Assembly (NCBI GenBank): GCA_964387985.1
Contig: CAYLZG010000001.1
Span: forward strand, 438-64,437
DNA from: an uncultured Anaerolineales bacterium
GTDB lineage: Bacteria > Chloroflexota > Anaerolineae > CG2-30-64-16
DNA: 64,000 nucleotides
Reading direction: 5' to 3'
Under the pieces are notes generated by a model, which was not told the origin of the DNA, did not search any database, and was given only the letters and a program-made list of their open reading frames with translations. Below, piece by piece: positions 18,326 to 27,288 of the stretch. How positions within the stretch are numbered: position 1 is the stretch's first letter; every line of letters starts with the position of its first letter. A program made the position numbers and the translations under genes.

Positions 18326-19066
18326 CTAGTAAACCATCTCGCCGCGGACGAATGCCGAGGTCCGCGGATCCTTCGGGTGTTCGAAGAAGGCCTCGGTCTT
18401 CTCGACCTCGACGATTCTGCCGTCAAGAATCAGGGCGATGCGGTGCGCCAGCCGTCGCGCCTGAAAAACGTTGTGCGTGACCAGGACCACTGTCGTACCT
18501 TGCTCCTCGTTCAGTCGACGCACTGCATCTTCGATGACCCCGACATTGTAGGGATCGAGGTTGGCAGTCGGCTCATCGAGCAGCAAGACGTCGGGCCGGA
18601 TGACCATCGCGCGAGCCAATGCGACGCGTTGTGCCTCGCCGCCTGAAAGGGTGCGTGCCGGCTGCCCTTCCAGCGCAGCCAGGCCCACCTTCTCCAGGGC
18701 TGAACGCACCTCTCCTGCACTATCGCGCTGACCTCGCAGGCGCAAGCCGAATTCAACATTCGCCCTGACCGAGCGATTGAGAAGAATGGGGCGTTGCGCC
18801 ACCGTTGTCACGCTGCGGCGAATCTCCAGTGAAACATCCTTATCTGCTTCGAACTGCTCGCCCCGGAAGCTGATGGCGCCTGCACTCGGAGGCTCCAGAA
18901 AATTGAGCAGGCGCAGCAGAGTGCTCTTCCCGGAACCACTCGGACCCACGATGGCCAGGATCTCTCCAGGGTGGATGTCCAGCCGGTCGATTCCAAGGAC
19001 CTGCCGGCCGCCATAGACTTTGGTCAGGTTTTGGACGTAGTAAGAGGGGTTCATGTCCAGATTCAT
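18326..19066 (-). CDS. ABC transporter ATP-binding protein (tungstate/phosphate-type, TupC-like)
   Basis: Walker A GPSGSGKST, signature LSGGEAQRV, Walker B LLLDEPTANLD. Overlaps the permease stop by 4 nt. Confidence 0.85.
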   Translation of the reverse strand: MNLDMNPSYYVQNLTKVYGGRQVLGIDRLDIHPGEILAIVGPSGSGKSTLLRLLNFLEPPSAGAISFRGEQFEADKDVSLEIRRSVTTVAQRPILLNRSVRANVEFGLRLRGQRDSAGEVRSALEKVGLAALEGQPARTLSGGEAQRVALARAMVIRPDVLLLDEPTANLDPYNVGVIEDAVRRLNEEQGTTVVLVTHNVFQARRLAHRIALILDGRIVEVEKTEAFFEHPKDPRTSAFVRGEMVY

Positions 19067-19737
19067 TCGCTGAAAGCCCTTCCCTGCATGCGCAACATGG
19101 CCACGTTGATCACAAACGTGATTGCAAGCAGGATGGCGCCTAGCGCGAGCGCCAGGTCGAAGTTACCCTGGCGCGTCTCGAGCACGATGGCCGTTGTCAA
19201 AACACGAGTCCGGCCTTCGATGTTGCCACCCACGAGCATGACCGCACCGACTTCGGAGATGATGCCTCCGAAACCAGCAATGATCGAAACGATCACGCCG
19301 ACGCGCGCCTCCAGCAGCACCGTCAGCGTCGTCTGCCAGTCTGTCGCACCGAGCGATCGCACCTGCTGGCGCAGGCCAGGGTCGACGCCCATGACGGCAG
19401 CCATGGTGAATCCGGCGACCAACGGAAAGGCGATGATGCACTGGGCGATGACCATCGCGCCGGGCGTAAACAGGTCCGGGACCAGGGGCGAATCGAGCCG
19501 GCCGAGCGGGCCACTGCGCGAGAGCAGCAGGTATACAAAAAGCCCCACAACCACCGGCGGAAATCCCATGCCGGTGTACATGAGCGCGACCAGCGCACGG
19601 CGGCCCAAGAAACGGCCCAGCCCCAACACGGCGCCCAGCGGAATACCGATCAGCGTGCTAAACGCAAGTGCAATGCCCGATACCCGCAGCGATAGCAGAA
19701 CGATCTCAAAAAGACCTGAATCGCCACCGAAAATCAA
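19063..19737 (-). CDS. ABC transporter permease (TupB-like)
   Basis: Permease with MetI-type fold. The block VMLVGGNIEGRTRVLTTAIVLETRQGNFDLALALG is as I recall for tungstate-type permeases. The start is uncertain (see finding). Confidence 0.7.
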   Translation of the reverse strand: MIFGGDSGLFEIVLLSLRVSGIALAFSTLIGIPLGAVLGLGRFLGRRALVALMYTGMGFPPVVVGLFVYLLLSRSGPLGRLDSPLVPDLFTPGAMVIAQCIIAFPLVAGFTMAAVMGVDPGLRQQVRSLGATDWQTTLTVLLEARVGVIVSIIAGFGGIISEVGAVMLVGGNIEGRTRVLTTAIVLETRQGNFDLALALGAILLAITFVINVAMLRMQGRAFSE

Positions 19738-19799
19738 ACGGAAAGCTTCAATAATGTCCCTCTTGCCCGCGCAGAAGCGCGTATGATTGTACTGGTGTG

Positions 19800-19827
19800 A
19801 TTATAGTTGCGCATGGGCTTCTGTCAA
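19800..19827 (-). promoter_or_regulatory. Consensus sigma70 promoter TTGACA-16-TATAAT for the ABC pair
   Basis: The minus strand reads TTGACAgaagcccatgcgcaacTATAAT, with the -35 at 19822-19827 and the -10 at 19800-19805. Confidence 0.7.
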
Positions 19828-19847
19828 AACCCTTGCGTTGCGGCATA

Positions 19848-19875
19848 TTGACACTCCCATGAAGAAGGGTACAAT
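19848..19875 (+). promoter_or_regulatory. Near-consensus promoter TTGACA-16-TACAAT; leaderless or near-leaderless transcript
   Basis: The -35 is at 19848-19853 and the -10 at 19870-19875. Only 6 nt separate the hexamer from the ATG at 19882. Confidence 0.65.
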
Positions 19876-19881
19876 GACCGC

Positions 19882-21654
19882 ATGACGATAGGGCGCCGCT
19901 TTCGACGCGCCAGAACGGCGCCTGGTGGGCAGGCAGCGCTGGATGAGCTTGCCCAGCTGGTGCAGACCTCAGAGACTGCTGCACCGGCCCTCGATCGCGG
20001 CCGCTATCTGCGCGTTGCCTCCTTTTTTGCCCGCGTTTTTCTTTCATTCATTGCCTGGGACCTGATACTGGGGAGACTGCCCGGCTTCCGCACCTATGCG
20101 CGCGCCACAAGAAAGTCACGCTGGCGCACACATGCGCAGCGTTTTCGCGCGCTTGCGCTGCATTATGGCGGAGTCCTGATCAAGCTCGGCCAGTTTCTCA
20201 GCATTCGCGTGGACGTCCTGCCATCGGAGGTCACCGCAGAGCTGCGCGGCCTCCAGGATGAAGTGCCAGCAGAGACGATGGACGACATGCGGACCGTCAT
20301 CGAAGGAGAATTCAAGCGACCGGTCGAAGAGGTCTTTGCCTGGTTCTCTCCGGTTCCCCAGGCTGCAGCATCGTTGGCTCAGGTGCACCAGGCGCGGTTA
20401 CACAACGGGGAGGAAGTGGTGGTCAAGGTGCAGCGACCACGGATCGAGTTGCTCGTTGAGACCGATCTGGCAGCGCTGCGGCTAGCGGCCAACTGGCTCA
20501 AGCTTTACCGGCCGGTCACCCGCCACGCAGACCTCGACAGGCTGTATGAGGAATTCGCACGCACCACGCGCAAGGAACTGGATTTCGTCGCAGAAGGACG
20601 CCACGCAGACCGCTTTGCCAGCGATTTCAGCCAGGATCGCGGCATCTACATCGCGGATGTCTTCTGGGAGTACACCTCACGACGCGTCCTAACCCTGGAG
20701 AACGTTGCCAGCATCAAGATCGACGACCTGGAGGCGATCGAGGCGGCCGGCATCAGGCGGTCCGAGGTCGCGCGCCGGCTGTATGATGTCTACCTCGAAC
20801 AGATCTTCGTCCACAGTTTTGTCCATGCCGATCCGCATCCAGGCAACTTGTTCGTGCACCCTCTGGATCCCGATCCTGGCGCTCCACCCGGTGCATCCCG
20901 GCCATTCTGGCTCATCTTTGTTGACTTCGGAATGATTGCCGAGATCCCCGAGAGCATGCGCGGCGCCATGCGGGATGTGGCCATTGCGGTGGGCACCCGC
21001 GATGCGCGGCGGATGGTCCAGGCGTACTATGATGCCGGAGTACTGCTGCCTGGAGCGGACCGGCAGCGAATCGTGGAACTACACGAAGACTTGTTCGCGC
21101 GTTTCGGCGGCGTGCGGATGGGGCAACTGAGCGACATCGCCATGCAGCAGGCCGAGTCCCTGGTGCGCGAGTATGGCGACCTGGTCTTCCAGATGCCGTT
21201 CCAGTTCCCAACGGATGTGCTTTTTGCCATACGAGCGGTTGCCATCCTCTCCGGCATGGCAACCACCCTGGATCCCCACTTCGACCCATGGGCCGCGACC
21301 CTGCCCTTCGCCGAGCGACTGGCCTCTGCCCAGATCACGCGTGACTGGCGCGCCATCCTCGATGAGCTGGGCAAGCTGGTGCAGTTGGCGCTCGTGCTGC
21401 CGGCGCGGCTGGACCGGCTTCTGTCTGCGGCAGAGCGCGGGGAGTTGGCGCAACCGGCCTCGCTGGCTCCGGATGCTGCGAAAGCCGTGCGCCGTGTCGA
21501 ACGCGCGGTGAACAGGCTCACCTGGGCGATCCTGGCCACAGGCCTGTTGATCTCGGGGGTGATCCTGCACGCGGCAGACGGCTCTACAACGATCACGACC
21601 GGGCTTTTCGTCGCCGCAGCAGCCGCCTTCCTCTGGAGCCTGACGCGGCGGTGA
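19882..21654 (+). CDS. ABC1/UbiB (AarF) family atypical kinase with C-terminal TM helices
   Basis: Family blocks: KLGQFLSIRVDVLP, AAASLAQVHQARL..GEEVVVKVQRP, HADPHPGNLFV, VDFGMI. Confidence 0.85.
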   Translation: MTIGRRFRRARTAPGGQAALDELAQLVQTSETAAPALDRGRYLRVASFFARVFLSFIAWDLILGRLPGFRTYARATRKSRWRTHAQRFRALALHYGGVLIKLGQFLSIRVDVLPSEVTAELRGLQDEVPAETMDDMRTVIEGEFKRPVEEVFAWFSPVPQAAASLAQVHQARLHNGEEVVVKVQRPRIELLVETDLAALRLAANWLKLYRPVTRHADLDRLYEEFARTTRKELDFVAEGRHADRFASDFSQDRGIYIADVFWEYTSRRVLTLENVASIKIDDLEAIEAAGIRRSEVARRLYDVYLEQIFVHSFVHADPHPGNLFVHPLDPDPGAPPGASRPFWLIFVDFGMIAEIPESMRGAMRDVAIAVGTRDARRMVQAYYDAGVLLPGADRQRIVELHEDLFARFGGVRMGQLSDIAMQQAESLVREYGDLVFQMPFQFPTDVLFAIRAVAILSGMATTLDPHFDPWAATLPFAERLASAQITRDWRAILDELGKLVQLALVLPARLDRLLSAAERGELAQPASLAPDAAKAVRRVERAVNRLTWAILATGLLISGVILHAADGSTTITTGLFVAAAAAFLWSLTRR

Positions 21655-24187
21655 TTTGTTGCGGATAAATCAACAGCCAATGACGCGCGCGTCGCTCCAC
21701 ATCCTTCCGTGCATAGAGCATCGGATGGTACTGTCCCTTGAACCATGCCTCGATCTGATCGTCGTAGTGCGGGCTGTCGGGCCGGCCAGAATTGCCCGGC
21801 GCCAACAGGCCATAGCACTTCGATAGGTCAGATAAATCGGCGATGAACTTGAACGGTGGACCGACGACCGCGGTGCTTGCTTCCACGGTCAGCCCCGCGC
21901 CGGTTGCCCAGATGGTATTGCCGTCGCCCCCGATCGGGTACGGGCCGCGATTGTAGTGTCGCGCCAGGGCCGCCAAACGACCGGCCACATGCGCGAAGGT
22001 CAGCATGTGCAGCCGTCCCCACGCCCAATTACGATAGTCCGGGGCCTGAGGTTCGCCCAGCCGGTCTCGCAGGTAGTCATAGGTTCGACGCAACGCCACA
22101 CGCATCACATCGTCGCGCCTCTCATCGCCGCCCAGGTCAAACCAGTGCCAGTCCGGCCGTTCGAGCGCAGCGTACATCCACTCCCACAAGCGATGTGAGA
22201 AGAAAGTGGCATCCTGGATGCCTGGCGTGGGTCCCACCCCCAGGACACGCGCGGAAAGGGTATGCCCGGCGCAGTCTGGCTGCCGCCCCGCGTCGAGCTT
22301 CGCCTGCATTACTACTTTTTGCAGCAGCAAGCCGAACACCTCGCACACGGCTGTTGCCGGGCTGTCGATCGACAGACGGCCATCCCACTGGCTGACCAGG
22401 GTCACCAGGCCCTGCAGTGCAGAATCGTCCACTTCGAGGTCAGCCAGACGCCGCGCGAGCCGGTTCAGGGAGGGAGAAAACTGGTCCAGGTGCATCCGGC
22501 GCATGTCAGTGACATCCATCGGCGAGGCGGCCTCGATCAAGGCAAGGATGCGCTCGGCCCGGTCGCCCATCCCGTATTCACGACCCAGAAAGTGAGGGTA
22601 GCTGTCGTCGACTACCCTGTTGTTAGCGGAAATCACGTAACCGCAGGCCGGGTTCGCCTGGTGGGGCAATTCATCGTACGGGATATAGCCGGCCCATTCA
22701 TGCTCGCCCGTCCAACCCGGCACGGGCACCCGGCCATCGCCCCTTGCACGGATAGGCACACGACCGGGATAGCTGTACCCGATATCGCCCTGTGTGTCCG
22801 CATAGACAACATTCTGCACCGGCGCCACCCAGCCGCGCAGCGCCTCCCGAAACTCGGCACAGGTCCGGCTGCGATTCATCACACGCAAGGCCTCGACCAT
22901 CGCTGCAGGATCGAGGGAGGTCCATCGCAGTGCAAGAGGCTGTTCGGGCAGGCCATCAGGCCCTGGACCCGCAGCCAGGCCGGGGGCTAACTCATTGATG
23001 ACCGGACCGTGGCGGGTCACGATCACCTCCTGAACCACGGACGGGCCGCCTTTGACCCGTATCTCTTCCCGGCGCACCTCCGCATCGAGCCACTCACCGG
23101 CGAACTCGAACTGCACGCCATCAGGAGTGCGGCGCAAATGCTCGATATAGAGGTCCTGCACGTCGGGGTAACCGTTGGTGAAGCCCCAGGCCACCCGCCC
23201 ATTATGACCCGCCACCACGTAAGGTATGCCAGGGAAGGTGACGCCGGTGACGTCAAGTGCGCCGGTCTCCCCGGTCGCCACCAGGTGATTCTCGTACCAG
23301 ATGGCGGGTGCGCTGAGCGGCAGATGCATGTCATTGACAAGAAGCGGTCTGCCGGTGGCAGTACGGGAGCCGGCGAGGACCCAGTTGTTGCTGCCCGGCA
23401 AGCCTCTCCCTGACGGGAGGTCAGGACCAGCTTTTTTGGCGCTGGACGGCTGCACGCCCCGGTCATCTTCATCTGCCGCGCTTGGCGCCGCGTACGCCGC
23501 GAACTCCTGCCGCAAGCGAGCGTCTTGTCCGGGGCTGCGCTCAGCGAGTTGACCGCCCAGGCCAGGCATGACGGTTGGCCATGTGGCAAACGGCGGCGGT
23601 GGCTCCAGCTCAGCAGCGCGCTCGGGCCCCAACTCGGCAATGAGACGCGCGCGCAGCAATTCCGTCTCCCAGTTGATGGAAAGGCCCCACGAGATCATTT
23701 TCGCCCAGCACAGTGAATCTGCCAGTGTCCACGGCTCAGGTTGATACCGCAGCAGTGTGAATTCAACCGGGAGTGGCTGCTGCGCAATGCTCGCGTTGAC
23801 ACCAGCCGCATATGCCGCCAACTCGGCCCGGCTCTCCTCGCCGAGCAGGCTCACTTCCGCTGCGGCAACGCCATACATACCGAGGATACGAAGACTGCGG
23901 TCGTTCTGGAGCGCGGCATCTCCCAGCACCTCGGCCAGCCGGCCGGCAACCACTCGCCGTTGAAAGTCCATCTGCCAGAGCCGGTCCTGCGCATGGACGA
24001 AACCTTGTGCGAAGAAGAGGTCATGCGCGTTGCGTGCGTAGATGTGGGGAACACCCCACGGGTCGCGTAAGATTTCGACCCATTCGTACAGCCCGCCCAG
24101 GCGCAGGCGCCCGGCAGCTTTCGGCCGCCGGGTGCGCTCGAGGGTGGTCAGCGTGACGTGCAACGCGGTGGTAACCGTTCGATTCAA
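21593..24187 (-). CDS. Penicillin/AHL acylase family Ntn-hydrolase (S45)
   Basis: The beta-subunit N-terminal nucleophile context is GSNNWVLAGSRTATGRPLLVNDMHL, with family-wide colinearity. TTG start with GGAGGA 6 nt upstream. The 3' end overlaps the ubiB-like gene by 62 nt. Confidence 0.85.
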   Translation of the reverse strand: MNRTVTTALHVTLTTLERTRRPKAAGRLRLGGLYEWVEILRDPWGVPHIYARNAHDLFFAQGFVHAQDRLWQMDFQRRVVAGRLAEVLGDAALQNDRSLRILGMYGVAAAEVSLLGEESRAELAAYAAGVNASIAQQPLPVEFTLLRYQPEPWTLADSLCWAKMISWGLSINWETELLRARLIAELGPERAAELEPPPPFATWPTVMPGLGGQLAERSPGQDARLRQEFAAYAAPSAADEDDRGVQPSSAKKAGPDLPSGRGLPGSNNWVLAGSRTATGRPLLVNDMHLPLSAPAIWYENHLVATGETGALDVTGVTFPGIPYVVAGHNGRVAWGFTNGYPDVQDLYIEHLRRTPDGVQFEFAGEWLDAEVRREEIRVKGGPSVVQEVIVTRHGPVINELAPGLAAGPGPDGLPEQPLALRWTSLDPAAMVEALRVMNRSRTCAEFREALRGWVAPVQNVVYADTQGDIGYSYPGRVPIRARGDGRVPVPGWTGEHEWAGYIPYDELPHQANPACGYVISANNRVVDDSYPHFLGREYGMGDRAERILALIEAASPMDVTDMRRMHLDQFSPSLNRLARRLADLEVDDSALQGLVTLVSQWDGRLSIDSPATAVCEVFGLLLQKVVMQAKLDAGRQPDCAGHTLSARVLGVGPTPGIQDATFFSHRLWEWMYAALERPDWHWFDLGGDERRDDVMRVALRRTYDYLRDRLGEPQAPDYRNWAWGRLHMLTFAHVAGRLAALARHYNRGPYPIGGDGNTIWATGAGLTVEASTAVVGPPFKFIADLSDLSKCYGLLAPGNSGRPDSPHYDDQIEAWFKGQYHPMLYARKDVERRARHWLLIYPQQITAASGSRGRRLLRRRKARS

Positions 24188-24208
24188 CGAAGATCCTCCA
24201 TGCCACTT

Positions 24209-25351
24209 CTAGCGCCTGGTCAACTCCCTGGCAATGATCACGCGCTGAATCTGGCTCGTCCCCTCATAGATCTGGTAGATCTTGGCGTCCCGCATCAGCT
24301 TCTCGACCGGGTATTCGACGCTGACCCCGTAGCCTCCAAAGATCTGAACCGCGTCGGTGGTGGTCCTCATGCATGCGTCGGCCGCGAAGGCCTTTGCCAT
24401 TGCCGCTTCCTTCACATTGGCAGAACCGCGATCGACCAACCAGGCCGAGTGACGCACCAGGTGTTCGGCGGCCTCGACATTCATAGCCATATCCGCCAGC
24501 ATAAAGCCCACGCCCTGGTGTGCGACGATGGGCTTGCCGAAGGATTTCCGTTCCATCGCGTATCGGGTGGCTTCATCAAGGGCGCGGCGAGCAACACCGA
24601 CCGCAGCCGCGGCCACGGGTGGCCGGGAACGGTCGAACACCTTCATAGCGATCGCAAAGCCGTCGCCTTCGTTCCCCACGCGGTTCTCCAAAGGCACGCG
24701 CACATCTTCCATGACGATCTCGCCCGCCCACGCTGCGTGTTGGCCCATCTTTTTCATTGGCTTGCCCAACGTGACACCTTGCGAATCCCGATCCACGATG
24801 AAGGCACTGATGCCGCGATGCCTCGCCCCCGGGTCAGTTTTGGCGAAAATTACGAAGAAGCTGGCAACCGGCGCGTTCGTGATCCAGGTCTTTGTGCCGT
24901 TGAGGAGATACTCATCGCCCTGCCTGGTGGCTGACGTGAGGATGCCGGACACATCCGATCCTGCAGCAGGTTCCGTCAGGGCATAGGCTGCCAACTCTCC
25001 GCCCTGCGTGAGCCTCGGCAGGTATCGCTGTCTCTGGTCCTCAGTCCCCACCAGGATTAGCGGCCAGGCCGCCACGTTGTTCAACATCAGCGCAGTCTGA
25101 ATGCCGGAGCAGGCCCAGGCGAGCTCTTCGTTGATGATACACTCTTCAAGGACTCCGAAACCAGGGCCGCCATAGCGCTCGGGGACGTTTGAACTGATCA
25201 GCCCGACCTTGTGGGCCTTCTTGATGATGGGCCAGGGGTATTCATCGTTGCGGTCGTAGAGCTCGGCGACGGGCAGGATTTCCTTCTTGGCGAAGCTCCG
25301 GGCCAGGTCCCGGATCATCTCCTGTTCTTCGGTCAGCGTGTAGTCCAGCAT
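24209..25351 (-). CDS. Acyl-CoA dehydrogenase (short-chain/butyryl-CoA type)
   Basis: Full-length ACAD colinearity, ending IYQIYEGTSQIQRVIIAREL (catalytic Glu context). Confidence 0.9.
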   Translation of the reverse strand: MLDYTLTEEQEMIRDLARSFAKKEILPVAELYDRNDEYPWPIIKKAHKVGLISSNVPERYGGPGFGVLEECIINEELAWACSGIQTALMLNNVAAWPLILVGTEDQRQRYLPRLTQGGELAAYALTEPAAGSDVSGILTSATRQGDEYLLNGTKTWITNAPVASFFVIFAKTDPGARHRGISAFIVDRDSQGVTLGKPMKKMGQHAAWAGEIVMEDVRVPLENRVGNEGDGFAIAMKVFDRSRPPVAAAAVGVARRALDEATRYAMERKSFGKPIVAHQGVGFMLADMAMNVEAAEHLVRHSAWLVDRGSANVKEAAMAKAFAADACMRTTTDAVQIFGGYGVSVEYPVEKLMRDAKIYQIYEGTSQIQRVIIARELTRR

Positions 25352-25408
25352 GGCATTGCTCCGTTCGACACACAGTCGCGGTTGCGGCCGATAGCAGCCT
25401 TTGCAGCC

Positions 25409-25437
25409 AGTTTAGCATTCCGGCCCCACCATGTCAA
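25409..25437 (-). promoter_or_regulatory. Promoter TTGACA-17-TGcTAAACT for the acyl-CoA dehydrogenase / acylase operon
   Basis: The minus strand reads TTGACAtggtggggccggaatgcTAAACT. GGAG lies 8 nt before the ATG at 25351. Confidence 0.65.
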
Positions 25438-25444
25438 CGAGAAT

Positions 25445-25471
25445 AAAAAAGCCCCGAGCAAAACTCGGGGC
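25445..25471 (-). terminator. Rho-independent terminator of the cNMP-domain gene
   Basis: The minus strand reads GCCCCGAG-ttttg-CTCGGGGC followed by TTTTTT, 22 nt after the TAG at 25493. Confidence 0.85.
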
Positions 25472-25492
25472 TCAATCCAGAGGTGTTGTGGC

Positions 25493-27259
25493 CTAGAAAT
25501 TCTTCTGGAAGATCACGTTGAAGGAATTATGGAACAGGGTGTTGCCACCTCCGCCCGAGCTGCACTCAGCCTCATCGGTGAAGTTCGAGTGAAGCGGCTG
25601 CGCGATCTGGCTGTTCCCGGGATTCACCCCATCGCCGCTCACATAGACGCTATACTCGGCCATCTTCCACATCAGGAACTCCGCCTGACCCGGCCCCTTG
25701 GAGCCCGACACCTGCTTATCCAACACGTTGCCAGGCTGTCCGTGCGGTGTCTGCACCAGCATAACACCATCGACCGGATTGCCTGCTGCGTCCACTACCT
25801 TGACAAAGATGTTGTGCATGCCGCGATTCTCGCAAGGGGTAAGCCGGCGAGATTCAATCACGGTGAACTGCGTGCTCGGCTTGGGTGCAGCGGCTACCGC
25901 AGCCTGAACTGCAGGCGCAGGCGCTGCAGCGGCAACTACCCTGACCGGAACGCGCGTCGGCACTGGTGTGGCGGTCGGCGGCACCGGCGTAGCGGTCGGC
26001 GGCACCGGCGTGTCGGTTGGGACCGGCGTCTCCGTGGGTGTTGCAGTTGGCGTAAATGTAGCGGTCGGAATAGGCGTCTCGGTCGGCCAAGGCGTGTAGG
26101 TTGCTGTCACATCCACCGGCAGATCCGCGGCGAGCGCCACACGAACGGCACGTTCCTGGAACCCAGCAGCGATAGGCGCCGAGCGGCTCACGCCCGTGTT
26201 CTGTGCGACCAGCGAGTTGATCACCGCAATCGCGGCCGCGCCGAGCACCCAGAGCAAGAGCACGATCACAGCAATCAGGCGCACCTTGGCGCCCGTGCTG
26301 CTTTGGCTCCACCAGGAGGGCCGCGCTTCAGCCGCACGATGAAGACCGGTAAGCGCCCCTGGCACCGCCGAAGGAGCCACGGCAGGCGATGGCGCCGCGG
26401 GAGCAACCGCCGACATAGAAGGGATAGCAGAAGCCACAACCGGTGCAGGTGCCATAACAGCAGCGGCAGAACGAAGATTGCGCTCGCGCAGGCGGCGGCT
26501 CATCATCCGGCTGAGGTTCAACGCCAGGGACGGATAATGCAAAGCCAATTGCTCGAAATCGTTCCGGCCGAGCGACCAGCCGATTACGTCGGTCAGCGCT
26601 GTAGTGGTCGTGCTGCGGGGCTCTCCGGTCAGGAAGGCGCCCTCGCCAAAGACTTCGCTGGCACCGACTGTCGCAAGAACGCCCACTGCGTTGCTGACCT
26701 GAACCTGGCCCTGGTCAACGAGGTAGAGCGTCTCCCCCTCCGTACCTTGGCGGTAAACGGTCTGACCGGCGTCCCAGTGCTCGGGACGCAGATGCGCAGC
26801 CACATCGTGCAACTCGTGAGGCTGCAATCCGTGCATCAGCTCGAGCTTACGCAGGTGCCGCTCAAGCGCCTGATCCTCGCTCACCCCCAATGCGACCTTG
26901 AGTGCCCGTGCGATGGCGGGATTCTGCTCGAAGATGGCTTTCAGGTCCGCATCACGCAAGGCCCACAGTGATAGATCGGACGCTGCCTCCGCGGAGACGC
27001 TGTAGCTCCGGCCGAGGACCATATCGGTTTCACCCAGCAGCGAGCCTGCGCCCACATTGCTGAGCACACCGAGCTGGTCGCTGAGCAGGCGAGCCCAGCC
27101 GGAACGGATCAGGTAAAGGGCTGAAGCGGGTCGCCCCTGCAGGTACACGATCTCGCCGGCAAGGCGAGTCTCGGGAACCATTCGGTCTGCGATCAGGGAA
27201 CGCTGCTCCTCGGTCAGAACCGAGAAAAGCGGCGTGTTCTCCATCATAGATTCTTTCAC
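25493..27259 (-). CDS. Single-pass membrane protein: two cytoplasmic CAP-type cNMP-binding domains, TM helix, Pro/Thr linker, unassigned extracytoplasmic C-terminal domain
   Basis: Two cNMP-binding-like units (LFSVLTEEQRSLIA...GSLLGETDMV and LMHGLQPHELHDVA...SEVFGEGAFLTGEPRS). TM helix VRLIAVIVLLLWVLGAAAIAVI. Linker PTETPIPTATFTPTATPTETPVPTDTPVPPTATPVPPTATPVPT. GTG start with GGAG 8 nt upstream. Confidence 0.75.
   Translation of the reverse strand: MKESMMENTPLFSVLTEEQRSLIADRMVPETRLAGEIVYLQGRPASALYLIRSGWARLLSDQLGVLSNVGAGSLLGETDMVLGRSYSVSAEAASDLSLWALRDADLKAIFEQNPAIARALKVALGVSEDQALERHLRKLELMHGLQPHELHDVAAHLRPEHWDAGQTVYRQGTEGETLYLVDQGQVQVSNAVGVLATVGASEVFGEGAFLTGEPRSTTTTALTDVIGWSLGRNDFEQLALHYPSLALNLSRMMSRRLRERNLRSAAAVMAPAPVVASAIPSMSAVAPAAPSPAVAPSAVPGALTGLHRAAEARPSWWSQSSTGAKVRLIAVIVLLLWVLGAAAIAVINSLVAQNTGVSRSAPIAAGFQERAVRVALAADLPVDVTATYTPWPTETPIPTATFTPTATPTETPVPTDTPVPPTATPVPPTATPVPTRVPVRVVAAAAPAPAVQAAVAAAPKPSTQFTVIESRRLTPCENRGMHNIFVKVVDAAGNPVDGVMLVQTPHGQPGNVLDKQVSGSKGPGQAEFLMWKMAEYSVYVSGDGVNPGNSQIAQPLHSNFTDEAECSSGGGGNTLFHNSFNVIFQKNF
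25971..26012 (-). repeat. Tandem 21-bp direct repeat inside the coding Pro/Thr linker
   Basis: gcggtcggcggcaccggcgtA is followed by gcggtcggcggcaccggcgtG (20/21 identical). It encodes PPTATPV twice. Confidence 0.8.
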
Positions 27260-27288
27260 TAACTATTCTCCCTTGCTTCCTGCCGCAG

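Noticed and set aside
25211-26971. 586-aa plus-strand ORF, together with similar long ORFs such as 10386..11864, 7248..8423, 13976..15013, 39884..40882, 45641..46519, 47881..48888, 50044..51084, 21027..21818 and 31581..32429
   Set aside because: All are antisense to genes with clear family signatures. They are Arg/Gly/Pro/His-rich low-complexity translations typical of open antisense frames in GC-rich DNA, and they have no recognisable motifs.
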